From the NCBI GenBank assembly GCA_017465305.1, contig JAFTWL010000155.1, positions 1 through 62,963 on the forward strand: DNA of 62,963 nucleotides, written 5' to 3'. This DNA is from Ruminococcus sp. GTDB lineage: Bacteria > Bacillota > Clostridia > Oscillospirales > Ruminococcaceae. The notes under the pieces were generated by a model, which saw only the letters and a program-made list of their open reading frames with translations, ran no database searches and was not told the origin of the DNA. This document shows, piece by piece, positions 61,269 through 62,963 of this stretch. Both the position numbers and the translations under genes were made by a program. Within the stretch, counting starts at the first letter, position 1, and each line of letters opens with the position of its first letter.

Positions 61269-61676
61269 ATGATTCAACTTATTACAGGTAAAAAAGGCAG
61301 CGGAAAGACAAAAATCTTAATTGATAAAATTAACAGTGCTGTAAAGGATACTAATGGTTGTCTCGTTTGTATCGAAAAAGGTGAAACAATTCGCCGTTCT
61401 ATCAGCTACAAGGTAAGATGGTGTGATGCTGAACAGTTTACAATTGACAGCTTTGATTCATTCTATGGATTTGTTGCTGGTATGCTCGCAGGCAACTATG
61501 ACATCAAGGAAATCTTTGTAGACGGTATCTTCAAGATTGCTGGTGCTGATTTTGATGAATTCGGAATTATGCTCGCAAAACTGGACAAGCTTACAAAGGA
61601 TGATGTAGCTGTAGTATTCACAGTTTCTGCTGATAATTCAGAACTTCCATCAAGTGTAACAGCTTTTGTAGACTAA
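61269..61676 (+). CDS. small conserved P-loop protein of unknown function
   Basis: GKKGSGKT Walker A, GF.AG.LAGNYDI..IFVD; RBS GAAAGGAG. Confidence 0.75.
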   Translation: MIQLITGKKGSGKTKILIDKINSAVKDTNGCLVCIEKGETIRRSISYKVRWCDAEQFTIDSFDSFYGFVAGMLAGNYDIKEIFVDGIFKIAGADFDEFGIMLAKLDKLTKDDVAVVFTVSADNSELPSSVTAFVD

Positions 61677-61693
61677 TTCTGATTTTAAATTAA

Positions 61694-61747
61694 CTTATAC
61701 CGACAGAATGAATTATTATCTGTTCTGTCGGTATAAGAATTTGTTTT
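61694..61747 (+). terminator. terminator
   Basis: cttataccgacagaa...ttctgtcggtataag stem. Confidence 0.8.
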
Positions 61748-61939
61748 ATGATGACTTGATTTATCACTATTTATGTTGACAAAAATAAAAATATGTGATA
61801 ATATTAGTGTATCATTTCTATGCTATGCTGTATTCTGGAAGAGAATACAGTTATTTAAATAAAACTTTTTGAAAAAAAGCTTGACAATCTATCCCGTTAT
61901 CGTATATAATAGATGTTGCAATGTGTGAAGGAGTATGGT

Positions 61940-62395
61940 ATGATTTTACAGCTTCGAGAGATATTTCAGATTGAGGGAATGCGGCTTCCTGTAGAGTATG
62001 ACATTTTACCAGAGGAACTGCATGAGGTTTTAGGCTATAAGTTTGCAGAGCCACTTAAAGTTAAAGGTGAACTTCAGAATCATGCCGGAATAGTAACGCT
62101 TGAATATACAGTTTCATGTGTATTGGATGCTGTATGTGACAGATGTTTAAAACCATTGAAAAAAGCGTATACGTATGATTTTTCTCACACGGTTGTTCCG
62201 TCATTACACAGTGATAACCCTGCGTTTGATACGTATTTAGTCGCTGAACGGGACACTATTGATATGAACGAGACAGCAATATGCGACCTTTTGCTTATGC
62301 TTCCGACAAAATTGCTTTGTAAGGAAGATTGTAAGGGCTTGTGTTATATTTGTGGTTGCGATAAAAACGAGACTACTTGTGACTGTCTTAATTAA
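61940..62395 (+). CDS. DUF177/YceD family protein
   Basis: CDRCL, P.K.LCKEDCKGLC..CG; directly upstream of rpmF. Confidence 0.92.
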   Translation: MILQLREIFQIEGMRLPVEYDILPEELHEVLGYKFAEPLKVKGELQNHAGIVTLEYTVSCVLDAVCDRCLKPLKKAYTYDFSHTVVPSLHSDNPAFDTYLVAERDTIDMNETAICDLLLMLPTKLLCKEDCKGLCYICGCDKNETTCDCLN

Positions 62396-62412
62396 AAAGG
62401 AGGTGCTAACAC

Positions 62413-62598
62413 ATGGCTGTACCAAAGAATAAAGTTTCCAAGGCAAGACGTGATAAGAGACGTTCAGCAGTATGGAAGCTGGACGCACCGGCAATGAGTG
62501 TTTGTGACAACTGTGGTGCATACAAGGCTCCACATAAAGTTTGCAAGAACTGTGGATTTTATAAGGGCGTAGCAGTATTAAATGTTGATGCTGAATAA
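62413..62598 (+). CDS. rpmF: 50S ribosomal protein L32
   Basis: MAVPK.K.SKARRDKRR, CxxC...PH.VCxxCG.Y. Confidence 0.97.
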   Translation: MAVPKNKVSKARRDKRRSAVWKLDAPAMSVCDNCGAYKAPHKVCKNCGFYKGVAVLNVDAE

Positions 62599-62611
62599 AA
62601 AACCTGAATGA

Positions 62612-62650
62612 GGAAGGGAGGCGGATTATTTCGTCTCTCCTTTTTCTTTT
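62612..62650 (+). terminator. terminator after rpmF
   Basis: aagggaggcgg...tcgtctctcctt stem plus T run. Confidence 0.75.
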
Positions 62651-62708
62651 TAAACATAAGTTTTTAATTTTCCTCTTGAGAGGAGTTACAAAATAAGTAA
62701 TAAAAATA

Positions 62709-62737
62709 TTGACAAAAGTGTTTAAATGTGGTATAAT
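62709..62737 (+). promoter_or_regulatory. consensus sigma70/sigmaA promoter at the left end of a second IS607 element
   Basis: TTGACA-N17-TATAAT with extended -10 TG. Confidence 0.8.
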
Positions 62738-62746
62738 GCATTCACA

Positions 62747-62923
62747 CTTAGTTATGAATGACTTGGGAAATTTTTATAGGCCAATGGTGCTGAAATCGTT
62801 TTTGTGAACAATGAAAAAATGTCACCTTAGCAAAAACTGATAAATGACTTAATTTCTATTATTCATGTGTTCAGTTGAAGGATTTACGTACTGAGAAAAT
62901 ATAAAAACAAAATCAGGGGATGA
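62747..62923 (+). pseudogene. tnpA: decayed C-terminal fragment of IS607 serine-recombinase tnpA
   Basis: Single frame reads YE*LGKFL*ANGAEIVFVNNEKMSP*QKLINDLISIIHVFS*RIYVLRKYK, recognisable as the TnpA motif ..EI.VVN...SP.EEL..DL.SI..VFS.R.YG.R.YK with four in-frame stops. Confidence 0.8.
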
Positions 62924-62963
62924 AGAAATTGCTGAAAAGCTATAAGACAGAAATTTTTCCAAC
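62920..62963 (+). CDS. tnpB: N-terminus of a second TnpB, truncated by the window edge
   Basis: MKKLLKSYKTEIFP overlapping the end of the tnpA remnant; LKS(F/Y)KTEI.P is a common clostridial TnpB start; only 14 codons visible. Confidence 0.65.
   Translation, partial: MKKLLKSYKTEIFP

Overview
AT-rich chromosomal window from a spore-forming Clostridia bacterium, most likely Ruminococcus-like (Oscillospiraceae), judged from the type I dockerin protein and the sporulation genes spoIID, yabP/yabQ and dacF-like. It is mostly housekeeping: three tRNAs, typA, serC-serA, a THF riboswitch with folT, prmC, a two-component system, citrate synthase, recA-recX, rnhA, dtd, PBP1A, pfkA, mtaB, purL, pgi and rpmF. 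Accessory content: (1) a surface-glycan system split into two blocks (GT-C + 2x GT4; wzm/wzt + FkbM methyltransferase + GT4); (2) a tnpA-deleted IS607-type TnpB element with its omegaRNA, inserted at the GG of the Shine-Dalgarno sequence of the first GT4 gene, so that precise excision would rebuild GGAGG-N8/9-ATG; (3) just upstream of it, a sigma70-like promoter enclosed by 12-bp inverted repeats and pointing away from the GT genes (candidate invertible switch); (4) a second, decayed IS607 element starting at the right edge of the window; (5) an MmeI-like restriction-modification enzyme followed by an unannotated type I toxin-antitoxin locus; (6) a modular palindromic intergenic repeat family; (7) a DacF-like protein with all three catalytic motifs altered. 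All calls come from reading motifs by eye; no searches were run.
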